Positions 1 through 9,384 of a stretch of DNA of 64,000 nt are shown here, piece by piece (position 1 is the stretch's first letter; every line of letters starts with the position of its first letter). The stretch covers positions 124,001 to 188,000 of the forward strand of contig JAUFOR010000001.1 of the NCBI GenBank assembly GCA_040285745.1, given 5' to 3'. The position numbers and the translations under genes were made by a program. The stretch comes from Barthelona sp. PCE. Its lineage: Eukaryota. Below the pieces are notes generated by a model. The model was not told the DNA's origin, did no database searches, and saw only the letters and a list, made by a program, of their open reading frames with translations.

Positions 1-698
1 CATCTATCTCATCCCCTACGTTCAATCATCGCATTGAAGCCTTTTGTCGTCGGAAAGGAAGTGAAAATGAGGTGATTATCGGTGGTAGCGTTGTTGCAAA
101 TTGCAAACTGGGGAGATTTAAGCTGTGCCAAAATACGCTGTGGGTTCAAGACCATCAAATGATACAGTTTATTAGTTTTGATGAACATTGTAACATTAAG
201 GATACGCAAAGCGTTGTTTTTAACGAAAGTGTAGTCTGCATATCATCTGTGAATGATTATGCACCCGAGGAAGCACTGATACGTACTCAGCTAGCCAACG
301 GAGCACAGTTTTATTACCTGGTTCGGTACTGTGAGGATGATGATGATTTGGTGGTTATGGATATTGGTGTATTTTCCAATATTCCTTTCTTTTTTGGTCC
401 TGGAGCTATATACGCGTACTGCAAGGAAGTGTATTGGTTCAATACATTGGGTGGCAAGACAACATTGAGCGTTCCAGAGTTTACGGAAGGTTATTTCTTT
501 TCGCCTCGACCGAATGTAATAGTTTGGAGTACCAGCATATATTTAAAAGATTTCATGTATTCATTTTATATCACCACATTTAACAGCGACTGTGACGGAT
601 ATGAATTGCTTGAAAGAAAGATTGATGTTTTAGAGTATCTGTCCAATTGTGAGGTTTCGATTTTTAGCGGTTTTTCATGCTTTGGGGTTTTCATGTAA
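1..698 (+). CDS. Hypothetical protein, 5'-truncated by the window edge
   Basis: The frame of the 72..698 ORF is open back to position 3 (SISSPTFNHRIEAF...). It ends at TAA 696-698 with AATAAA about 25 nt downstream. No recognisable motif. Confidence 0.6.
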   Translation, partial: SISSPTFNHRIEAFCRRKGSENEVIIGGSVVANCKLGRFKLCQNTLWVQDHQMIQFISFDEHCNIKDTQSVVFNESVVCISSVNDYAPEEALIRTQLANGAQFYYLVRYCEDDDDLVVMDIGVFSNIPFFFGPGAIYAYCKEVYWFNTLGGKTTLSVPEFTEGYFFSPRPNVIVWSTSIYLKDFMYSFYITTFNSDCDGYELLERKIDVLEYLSNCEVSIFSGFSCFGVFM

Positions 699-840
699 CC
701 TCATCTCACAATATACAGTATAATAAAGTATGATATTATATAGTTTTCATTGTCTTTCGTGCTGTTTTGCACTTTTTGAAGCTTATCACACTTCAGTTTT
801 TTAGTATTTGAACCCTCTTAGTCATTTGAAAACTGATAAA

Positions 841-2073
841 ATGAATGTTAAAGCAAACAAAAATATTCATAGAGAACTGCTCATAAAAGACGTTGAATTT
901 CAACCTGAGATTGAACCAGATCACCAAAAAGCAGAAGGATGGAGCTATTTTAATGATGTTTTAGGTTCTCCACGAACAATTCTTGCACCAATGGTTAGTA
1001 AGTCTGATACATCATGGCGTTTTCTGATGAGAAAGCTTGGAAGTGCAGACCTGTCATTTACTCCAATGATTAGCGTCAATGCTGCATCCAGCGGGTTTGA
1101 TGCGCATGGATTGGAAAAGTTCTTTACGCGCAGTCATCATTTTTGTGGCAGTCAGCCTACAACACTGAGCAGAGAGGACGCAGATACCCCTGTCGTTATC
1201 CAGCTTGCAGGGAACGATCCAGCAGAGTTTGTTAATACGGCGAATGTGATTGCAGAAGCCGGATTGTGCGATGGTTTCGATATCAACTTTGGCTGCCCAC
1301 AAAGATGTGCGCAAAGGCATCGAAAGGGAGGTGGGATCGCCGGATATGGGTCTATCCTTATGAATAATTGGCAGTTGTGTTACAATATTGTCAGGGCCAT
1401 GCACATTAAGTGCAAACTTCCAGTTTCAGTTAAGATACGTCTGCTTGATGAAGATGAGGACACAATAGCGTTTGTTGACGCGATGATAAAGGGAGGAGCG
1501 CAGATGGTGACGGTTCACTGTCGTCCTCAGTTCAATCGATGCAACGATTCTGTACCAAGGCTGGATATCATGAAAACATTAGTTGAGAGATACCCTTCAG
1601 TTCCGTTTGTGTACAACGGCGGTATAGGCTCCCATTATACTCCGGAGTATGCGTTGGAACACACTGGTGCTGCAGCCGTGATGGTGGGAAAGCTGTTTGT
1701 CTTTCGACCTCAGCACTTTGTTGTGGGCAACGATGGGTACTCCCCCCAACAATTGCTCAACATTGCTGTTGAATACTACAATATGTGTGTCTCGAAGCAC
1801 GTTGTCATCCGACCACTGATGCGAGAGTTCAGGTTGCACTTTATTGACTTGCTGAGCTCTGTTTTTCTGCCCAGGTACTGGACAAAGATAGGCGTTGAGT
1901 GCCCGTTTGAGCTCTGGGATAACGGAAAACAAATGATGATGCGACTTTCAAAGTCATTAACGAACGTTGAGATTGAGGAAATACTAGAGGAGGTGATTTC
2001 TTTTTATGGTCTCAGCTGCGACATCATCAAGTCTGAAGCAGTTATTGCAGTGAGAAAGAATAATTATATATAA
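841..2073 (+). CDS. tRNA-dihydrouridine synthase (Dus1-like, FMN TIM barrel)
   Basis: Motifs ILAPMV, FTPMI, VVIQLAGNDP, DINFGCPQ (catalytic Cys), PVSVKIRL, VTVHCR, YNGGI. First ATG at 841. Confidence 0.9.
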   Translation: MNVKANKNIHRELLIKDVEFQPEIEPDHQKAEGWSYFNDVLGSPRTILAPMVSKSDTSWRFLMRKLGSADLSFTPMISVNAASSGFDAHGLEKFFTRSHHFCGSQPTTLSREDADTPVVIQLAGNDPAEFVNTANVIAEAGLCDGFDINFGCPQRCAQRHRKGGGIAGYGSILMNNWQLCYNIVRAMHIKCKLPVSVKIRLLDEDEDTIAFVDAMIKGGAQMVTVHCRPQFNRCNDSVPRLDIMKTLVERYPSVPFVYNGGIGSHYTPEYALEHTGAAAVMVGKLFVFRPQHFVVGNDGYSPQQLLNIAVEYYNMCVSKHVVIRPLMREFRLHFIDLLSSVFLPRYWTKIGVECPFELWDNGKQMMMRLSKSLTNVEIEEILEEVISFYGLSCDIIKSEAVIAVRKNNYI

Positions 2074-2074
2074 T

Positions 2075-2809
2075 CTATTGTTGAAGAAGCTTTCGAATGT
2101 TAAAACCTGGCACGTATTCCTTTCCGTAGAAGCAGTAGATGTCCCTGTAGAGTATATTTATGAGAACCTGATGCTCATAGTTCTGCGAGTGGAAATAGCA
2201 ATCGGTGTGGGCGTCTTCTATCTGGTCACGTAGTGTAAGTGTATCGATTTCTTCGCTTCTGTTATTGATCTGAAGACTCAGGTGCCTCTGTTCTTTGATT
2301 GCTGACTTAACCCATGGAAGAAGAAGAAAAGCGTGCATATCCATTGGAATACGTTGTGTGAACGGGTAGAGACGGATGACGCAGCGCCCAAAGGCCAGTT
2401 GGCGGTCATGAATCTTTTTAAACAGGAAATCAACAAAATCCATGAAGCGATCTGTAAAAGAATTGGCAAATTGAACCAATTGAAGACCGTCTGTCTTGGT
2501 CTTACGTACAAAGAAGATGCGTTCTGGGTCACATTTCTTGTTTGTATCAAGGAGTTCCTTTTCAAGATCTGCAAAATAGTTGTCTTCGTTTTCCTCATCT
2601 TTTTCTCCTATGTTGACGTCGTTCACCACTTCGAACATATCTAGAGCGATCGAAAGCGTGTCTCGGACATCTTGCATACCAAGCTTAGTCTTCCTATCGC
2701 TTGTAGGTGTTGAAAAAATAAAACCCTTGCCCGATGGCTTGAAGTTAGGCTTTTCTCGAGTTCGCTGCATCTTTTTAGGAGGCCCTCCGTTGTTAACTTG
2801 TTTGCTCAT
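2075..2809 (-). CDS. THUMP-domain protein (Tan1/THUMPD1-like tRNA modification adaptor)
   Basis: N-terminal KGFIFST, acidic 'DLEKEL' segment, 'RCVIRLYPF', 'INNRS' and C-terminal 'VLINIL...FNIRKL' follow the Tan1/THUMPD1 layout. Divergent. ATG at 2809. Confidence 0.6.
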   Translation of the reverse strand: MSKQVNNGGPPKKMQRTREKPNFKPSGKGFIFSTPTSDRKTKLGMQDVRDTLSIALDMFEVVNDVNIGEKDEENEDNYFADLEKELLDTNKKCDPERIFFVRKTKTDGLQLVQFANSFTDRFMDFVDFLFKKIHDRQLAFGRCVIRLYPFTQRIPMDMHAFLLLPWVKSAIKEQRHLSLQINNRSEEIDTLTLRDQIEDAHTDCYFHSQNYEHQVLINILYRDIYCFYGKEYVPGFNIRKLLQQ

Positions 2810-2905
2810 TCGTATATTTCGTGAAATGGGTGTTTTTTCGAAAAACACCATACCTCTCAATATATATTAGAATTTTTACATATTTGTGGATGAAGGGATA
2901 ATGAA

Positions 2906-5900
2906 TTACATATTTAAACTGTCAAGACGTGTATTGATCATTTCCAAAGTGAGTTTTTGTGGTGGTGCAAGATTGCAGTTTGTTCCATGCCCACAGTTCA
3001 CCCTTGCACATCGAATGCAGAAGTTAGTTCCACAAGAGCATGTCATCATCTTACACCCTCCATCTCGGTAGATTTCAGAATAACAAGTTGGGCACATCCT
3101 GATGGAAAGCACATAGCAGTTATCGTATGAACACGACTCCTTCTTCGCCTTCCTCAGCCTCATGTTAATTGCATCGACGTCTTCTTGCGTGTACTTACAG
3201 AATTTCTCGTAGATCATGCGTTCGAATTCCTTTGGCATGATACCACTAAGCGCGAGATGGATTCTCTCAGCCATCTCTTCTGGGAAGTCCGGTAGCCTCA
3301 GCGTACGATCGCACATTGCTATAGATGGGAGCATCAGGCGATCTGGTTGGAGGATTACAGTGAAATGCGTCAAAGAGTAGCTATTTGTCATCCAAAACAC
3401 GAGCTTGAGGCGCTCTGTCGTACCCATATCACTGACTGCGAGTTGGAACGATTCCGTAACGGTGTTTGGAACGCCTGAGAAGTCAAGATGGCGCATTATG
3501 TCGTCTGTGGAGAACGTTGGGATTGCGGAGACGAGAGTTTTCACTTCAGAGCGTGTGAATACTACATTAATATCTCTTAGTAAGGAAAATGAGTAGAAAG
3601 TTTCATGTAACACTGTTGCTAGATGTACAAATGCACTAGAGTGCTGTACAGCCATTGCATCAACGAACTCTTCAATGTTGTCACGCGTCACAGGTCTCGC
3701 TGGGAGTCCAAGCAAGAAAAAATCAAGTGTCCCATGATTGAAAATGTTACCGATGCTTATGTATACATCTGGCCATACATATTTGAACACCTCACGGTCT
3801 GAAAGTTGATTGTAGCTCGAAGATAGAGCTACAAAAAGAATACGGGGGAGATACGTATCGGGGATGGACTTTTGGTACAGGAGGCAGCACATAATAAAGC
3901 AAGCGTATGCCCTAATCTCTTCATCAGTTATCATATCGTTGAACGCTGTAAAGTTGTTTTTGAACAAGAAACTGATGAGGTGCCAGTTGCCTGAGATGTA
4001 GTCGAAGAAAGCAGGGAATTGCATGTGGTGATCTACATTCAGCAACTTAACATCAATACCAAAAACAAATTTCGGTACTTCCTTCAGAAAAAAACTACTG
4101 CAAGAATCGAATATGCGTACAAATAATGATCGAAACGATTCGCCACACTCCTGTTCGTAGCAAACAGTGCTCAATTCCATTGTAGAGTGTCCATTGCGCT
4201 CCCTGACTGCACGCTGCACTGATACATAGAACGCGTTGATGCCCGATCTGATTAAATTTATGCGCGAAGCACCCGTTGTGTCTATGTTGGCGGCTTCCTC
4301 CGACCAACCCACGAGTTCGTTGATAGACGGTCGGTAGTGGATTTCATCCGAAACGCATCGCTTGATGATGTCGTATGGAGCGCCCTCAACGAGCAATGCA
4401 GACTCAACGGGGTCTCCATACACAATAACTGAGGCGGAGAAGATCCGCAGAAGACAGTATCCGACGGCGTATATATCCGAGGCATGTGAGGGTCTCTCGC
4501 CTCTCACGCATTCTGGAGCCAGAAGTTGTCCAGTTTGCTTGATAGGGCGGGTATCAGACGAATGCAGGGCACTGTCAAAGCCACTAATCCTTACTGTATC
4601 CCCAAAAACTAGAACATTCTCTGGTGACGCGTTTGCCCATGTGAAACCGGCCTTGTGAAGCGAAAAGACACAATACACAAGACTATGGGCAAGCTCAATT
4701 CTTCTCGTCAGGGAAAGATTACCGCGATTCATGACCTGCTCGAGTGTGGCATCGCGGGGTGCGTATTCGAAGCAGACAAAGCGTATTGACAAGTCATCAG
4801 TATCAACAATGAAAACTAACCCCTTTAATTCTTCATACATGCGTGAACGCGTTCTAAGAACAGCCATCTCTCGCAACACCGCAAGAATCTTGGTCTCCCT
4901 TTGCTTTTTCGACAGCGTATGTCGGTCCACAATGACCGCACGCACGTGGGATTCTTCGGTACTGTGCGTTATGTCTGCGTCACTTGTCATGAGCAACCCA
5001 TTCATGTACAGTGCGGAAGACATTATATTTGGGACCATGGGCAGCTCATTTGTGCTCATACCGATGCTGTGGATAACCTCGTCAAGCGTGATTCCTATCG
5101 ATATCCTATTATCGATTTGCTGAGTGCGCAACCACAATTCTTCGAGCGGCGATATCACATACTCATTCAAAAAGGAAGCTGTTGCAGTACCACTGAACGC
5201 ATTTATGAAACGACGAGAAGTCTTACGGTAGGTTGATAAACTCTTCTTTGTTTCTCTGAAAATATTCTGGTCAAAAACTTTGCATGAATTGCTGTGACCA
5301 ATTCGACTCTCCAATTGCTCCACGACGCTTCGCTCCAAGATCGTGAGATTATTTGCGAACACATCGAGGTCGCCCAGGAGTAAAACGAGTGTGTTGAACA
5401 GTTCAGCAAACAGTGATATCATGCGGGAGTCGATAGCTTTAATGACTTTATAGAAAGCCCACGCATCATTGCACAGCTCTGCCTTCTGCCCTAGTTTGAA
5501 TTCCATCGGCTCAATTAGTGGGGTAAGAGAAGGATCACCTCCACACATCTTGGTTAATAAGAATCTAAATACTTGGGTAAGCTCTTCAGCATTTGATGCG
5601 CCCAGCTCCCTCAGTGTGAACTCAACACGGGTCTTGAATGCAAGCAACGCGCTGGTCTGCTGCGCAAACTTGCTGAAATCACAGCCATATGTAAACACCT
5701 CACCAAGCAACACAGGCATCAAGTCATCAATTTCATGAATGTTCTTGTAAAACGTAGAGTTGATTGCGATGACTGCATCACCGCACATGGTTATGACACT
5801 GTCAAGGACATCTCGGGATGCTCGAGGTAGACTCTTTTCCTGGATGTGCATATCTAGCATGTTAACACGATTTTCAAGTCGTTTCAACTCCCTATTTTGC

Positions 5901-7747
5901 TCTTCCTTCAGGGCTTTCAGCTGCCGTTGACCATCATCGTACGCTTTTATCACACTAAACATCTGGGATCGGAGATTCATCATTTTTTTGATTTCTTGCT
6001 TGTTTTCGATTGTGTCACCCACTTTATCAATGATGAATTCCGGAAAATTATCGTACTTAACATTGTAGACTTCTTTATCATATTCTACCAAACAATGTGT
6101 GCCCCAATCTCTGTGATTGTGAAAAAGCGCATACTTATGTAAAGCGTAGGTATTCACATCATATTCGCTAACTCTAACATCTACTCTAGCGTTTGATTTG
6201 ATGAATTTGATGATGGGATAGATACCATCACGGGATATAACCAATATATTATCATTCATCAAGAGTGTATGATCGTTAGCCATTCTCGCTTCATGTGGAG
6301 TAATCTTGCATATCAATCTCGTGACTTCCAGATCAAATACATATGAGTCATCCTGAAGCGTGCGTACAAGAAGCAAGAATCCAAGTATCTTGACATTATA
6401 CAAATCAACGATTTTTTGGATATGGTATTGATTGCGCAATCCAGAGTCTTTGGTCCACCAATATAGAACGTTTCCACTGTCTATGAAATAACAATTTTCT
6501 TTATCGGTATCATGTGTGAAAGCCAAACAGCGTTTAATATTCTTCCATTCTCCTTCGCTGCTGAATCTCTGATACATGATATCCTCATTTTCTAATTTTT
6601 TGAATCTTCCTTTGCCATTTGAGACAATAACTTCCTTGTCTTTCTTGGATCTACGTTTAGAATTGCTGCTACGTGATTTTCCAGTCTGTAAACGTGACCG
6701 CGATCTTTTTTGGGGATTTTTTTTTGGCTTTGGCGCTTCCACTTTGCGTATATACCCACCTGTGCCTATCGGATTGTATGAGAAGGATGAACACTCTGCT
6801 CCACTCACAATATCACTGAGGTGATGTACAAAAATGGTCTTCGCATCTCTGTGGAGAATCGCAAGATCTGATGTTGAATTTCCATCGCCAAAAGTCGTTC
6901 GGAGTGCGTTACACTTAGGACCAGAGATTATTCTCAACACCGGGCGTGTGTTGTACGATGTATTTATAATGAAAACCTTGCCTTTTCCTGTTGTGATTGC
7001 TGCGAAATTTGAGGAGTGATGCCAAGCAACATGCACTATTGAAGAAGAGCACAATTCATAGCCATAAACACAATCAAACCCTCCGTCACGTAATGAAAAC
7101 AGTTCAAACATACCGCATTCATATCCAATGATAGCTAGCGAACCATCACGAGCGACTGAGAATACAAAAGCCTTTCTCTGCAAATTAAACTGTTCAAAGT
7201 CAGCCTGGTTAGTATATATGTACACTGCATCTTCAGCTCCAACGAAGCATCGGGGTGTTCCAAAATTTGACACACCACATCCGATGAATGTGTGATGATG
7301 TCCACCAGGAAAACAAGTTAGTGTTCGGTAGCTCTCTTTCTCATCGTCCCACTTGCCCCATAGAACACCACCACCTCCGTAGCTGGCGACTTGCACTGCT
7401 AATGAGCTGGAGTCAGCGGCAAAGGCTACACTTACACCTCCATATTGGTGGGTGCCCGATGGTTGTATAATCTGTATTGGGGTGTTGAGCCGCTTCAACG
7501 TGAATGTAACATTCTCTCTACCTACACAGACGAAATTACCTTGGTAATCTGTTGCAATACGGTAGATTAAAAGTTCGTGTGAGTTAAACTTTACCCTTGG
7601 TTCTGATTTGACCAGACCATACTTCCAAAAACCGCTAACATTGCCCGCATCTGTTGTAAAAAAAATACGCTTGTTATTCATCAATACAAAGTCACTAATA
7701 GTGACATCTGATGGGCTCTCGAGCACAGTGACTCTGTGAGGAACCAT
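2906..7747 (-). CDS. Multidomain protein: WD40-like propeller, coiled coil, pseudokinase, HECT domain, C-terminal IBR/Rcat (RBR RING2-like) domain
   Basis: WD-like repeats (IVHVAWHHSSNFAAITTGKGKVFI). Kinase subdomains FEYA, PENVLV, APE and SDIYAVG with degenerate catalytic motifs. HECT signatures PVTRDNIEEFV, FTRSEVKTLV, ERLKLVFWMT and LPSIAMCDRTLRLP. C-terminal CPTC...IYRDGGCKMMTC.CGTNFCIRC. Confidence 0.8.
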   Translation of the reverse strand: MVPHRVTVLESPSDVTISDFVLMNNKRIFFTTDAGNVSGFWKYGLVKSEPRVKFNSHELLIYRIATDYQGNFVCVGRENVTFTLKRLNTPIQIIQPSGTHQYGGVSVAFAADSSSLAVQVASYGGGGVLWGKWDDEKESYRTLTCFPGGHHHTFIGCGVSNFGTPRCFVGAEDAVYIYTNQADFEQFNLQRKAFVFSVARDGSLAIIGYECGMFELFSLRDGGFDCVYGYELCSSSIVHVAWHHSSNFAAITTGKGKVFIINTSYNTRPVLRIISGPKCNALRTTFGDGNSTSDLAILHRDAKTIFVHHLSDIVSGAECSSFSYNPIGTGGYIRKVEAPKPKKNPQKRSRSRLQTGKSRSSNSKRRSKKDKEVIVSNGKGRFKKLENEDIMYQRFSSEGEWKNIKRCLAFTHDTDKENCYFIDSGNVLYWWTKDSGLRNQYHIQKIVDLYNVKILGFLLLVRTLQDDSYVFDLEVTRLICKITPHEARMANDHTLLMNDNILVISRDGIYPIIKFIKSNARVDVRVSEYDVNTYALHKYALFHNHRDWGTHCLVEYDKEVYNVKYDNFPEFIIDKVGDTIENKQEIKKMMNLRSQMFSVIKAYDDGQRQLKALKEEQNRELKRLENRVNMLDMHIQEKSLPRASRDVLDSVITMCGDAVIAINSTFYKNIHEIDDLMPVLLGEVFTYGCDFSKFAQQTSALLAFKTRVEFTLRELGASNAEELTQVFRFLLTKMCGGDPSLTPLIEPMEFKLGQKAELCNDAWAFYKVIKAIDSRMISLFAELFNTLVLLLGDLDVFANNLTILERSVVEQLESRIGHSNSCKVFDQNIFRETKKSLSTYRKTSRRFINAFSGTATASFLNEYVISPLEELWLRTQQIDNRISIGITLDEVIHSIGMSTNELPMVPNIMSSALYMNGLLMTSDADITHSTEESHVRAVIVDRHTLSKKQRETKILAVLREMAVLRTRSRMYEELKGLVFIVDTDDLSIRFVCFEYAPRDATLEQVMNRGNLSLTRRIELAHSLVYCVFSLHKAGFTWANASPENVLVFGDTVRISGFDSALHSSDTRPIKQTGQLLAPECVRGERPSHASDIYAVGYCLLRIFSASVIVYGDPVESALLVEGAPYDIIKRCVSDEIHYRPSINELVGWSEEAANIDTTGASRINLIRSGINAFYVSVQRAVRERNGHSTMELSTVCYEQECGESFRSLFVRIFDSCSSFFLKEVPKFVFGIDVKLLNVDHHMQFPAFFDYISGNWHLISFLFKNNFTAFNDMITDEEIRAYACFIMCCLLYQKSIPDTYLPRILFVALSSSYNQLSDREVFKYVWPDVYISIGNIFNHGTLDFFLLGLPARPVTRDNIEEFVDAMAVQHSSAFVHLATVLHETFYSFSLLRDINVVFTRSEVKTLVSAIPTFSTDDIMRHLDFSGVPNTVTESFQLAVSDMGTTERLKLVFWMTNSYSLTHFTVILQPDRLMLPSIAMCDRTLRLPDFPEEMAERIHLALSGIMPKEFERMIYEKFCKYTQEDVDAINMRLRKAKKESCSYDNCYVLSIRMCPTCYSEIYRDGGCKMMTCSCGTNFCIRCARVNCGHGTNCNLAPPQKLTLEMINTRLDSLNM

Positions 7748-7839
7748 GCTTTCAATAATAGTTGAAAATGTTGTAACAAGAACTGCGATACTTTACTGTA
7801 ATATTAGTGCATGTGTAAATAAAGTTTTTAATTGGATCG

Positions 7840-8574
7840 CTAAGTACTCGTCCTCTTACGCAATCTGACAAGAAGATCTTGCACGGTTTCGTACTCTGTG
7901 TTAACCTGTTCTTGTAGAATCCTACAAAATTTTCTTAATTCTTCCTTCTCTGCTTTGAGTGGGCGCACTACATTGAATTTTTCATTTAATTTTGCTTCAT
8001 TTCTTTCTATTGCAAGTCTAAAATATTTTAGGCAAGATATTTGATTATTAGGTTGTAGTTTTAAAAATTTTTTATGTAATTGATATTTAATCTCTTCTAT
8101 ATTGAAGTCCAGCATTGTTTCTGCTTCAAAAATATCACGCAAAAATCTTATGTACTTTGCAGTTTGTATGGTTGCTTTTTGATGTTTTAATGTCGTTTTG
8201 AGGATCTGAACGTTATCATACGCAGCGAGAAAGCTCTGTTTAATACATTCCTTCTTAAGTTTGATCTCATTAATTTCTCCTAATAATTTCTCTTCCTGTA
8301 AAGCTACTTTTGCCTCTTCCTCCTTGAGCATTTTCAGAGTTTGGATCGCGTTGCTTTGCATTTGTTGTGGCGTGAGTCCAAGCCGAGAAAAATCCAATTG
8401 TAATCGAACAATACAACCTGGTTTACGACAAGAAGGGCATCTACGGCTCAGATTGTACGAAGCCTTACCACATTCTTCATGACAAATATGCCCACATGGG
8501 AAAGAAACCAAGGGAGTTTCATTATCGAATAAAACATCACGACAGATCATGCAAACCGTTGATCCCTCCTCCAT
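7840..8574 (-). CDS. RING-H2 finger plus coiled-coil E3 ligase (TRAIP-like)
   Basis: CMIC...PCGHICHEEC...CPSC RING-H2 at the N-terminus, then 'IVRLQLDF' and a long coiled coil. Confidence 0.75.
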   Translation of the reverse strand: MEEGSTVCMICRDVLFDNETPLVSFPCGHICHEECGKASYNLSRRCPSCRKPGCIVRLQLDFSRLGLTPQQMQSNAIQTLKMLKEEEAKVALQEEKLLGEINEIKLKKECIKQSFLAAYDNVQILKTTLKHQKATIQTAKYIRFLRDIFEAETMLDFNIEEIKYQLHKKFLKLQPNNQISCLKYFRLAIERNEAKLNEKFNVVRPLKAEKEELRKFCRILQEQVNTEYETVQDLLVRLRKRTST

Positions 8575-8792
8575 TATAAAGGTGAAGTTCCTTTGAACGA
8601 CTTTAAAATATGTAAATAATTTAGAATAGGGTCATTTGTGAATAACAGTATTAGAACACAGTTTTTCACATAAATATAATAAAAACACATTCTAATACTC
8701 GAATGTTCTCCAATTTATTGAAACAAAAAGCTAAAAAGAGTAAAAACTATACCACAATCCAGATTTTTGCACTGTTGCTGAGACGGTACTCC

Positions 8793-9080
8793 TTAGCGCT
8801 CGCTGCAGAAGATATCGGGCTGGACATCATCAGGAAGACCGAAGTGATCACGAATGGCAGCAATACCGGCATCATTAAGGAAATAGTAGTGGTGCATCCA
8901 AGAAAACTGCTTACGAACCAACTTGCAAGAGCAGAGGGACTTCATGACGTACAAAACGTGGATGTTAGGGGCGGCAATGTTGGGGTGAGTCTTCATAGTG
9001 AATTCCTCCTTAACGACGACACCACCAGTCTTGAAAAGGTGCTGAAGAATGAGGTCACGAGTGGCACGAGGGACAATCAT
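8793..9080 (-). CDS. RPS10: 40S ribosomal protein eS10
   Basis: MIVPRATRDLILQHLFKTGGVVVK...PNIHVLYVMKSL.S..LVRKQFSWMHHYYFLNDAGI..IRDHFGLP.DVQP matches eS10. ATG at 9080; the upstream extension in the ORF track is non-ATG. Confidence 0.93.
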   Translation of the reverse strand: MIVPRATRDLILQHLFKTGGVVVKEEFTMKTHPNIAAPNIHVLYVMKSLCSCKLVRKQFSWMHHYYFLNDAGIAAIRDHFGLPDDVQPDIFCSER

Positions 9081-9384
9081 TATTACTTTGTTGTAAGAAC
9101 AAGTAAGAGGAGTAAAAAGTGAAAGGAAGAAACTAGAAGCGTTTTGATGTTTATTCAGCATTCTTAGCACATTACAGACTCCACATTGAAGCTGTTTTAG
9201 TATATGGAAGTTTGAAAAAGTTACTATACATAAATATTTCAAAAAATGTAAAACATAAAACAGTTTTTTTCATCTCCAAAATATAATAATGTGATTTTGA
9301 AAGTAAAATGAGCTTAATTATCCAGTAAAAACTTATAAAAAGAGCTTTAAATGTGTTTATAGTTTATTTGCAAATGCAGGAACT

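Noticed and set aside
8793-9080. eS10 lacks the long C-terminal tail seen in animals
   Set aside because: Short eS10 proteins of about 100 aa also occur in yeast and many protists, so this is not unusual.
8703-9122. 139-aa plus-strand ORF
   Set aside because: Antisense shadow of the clearly conserved eS10 gene.
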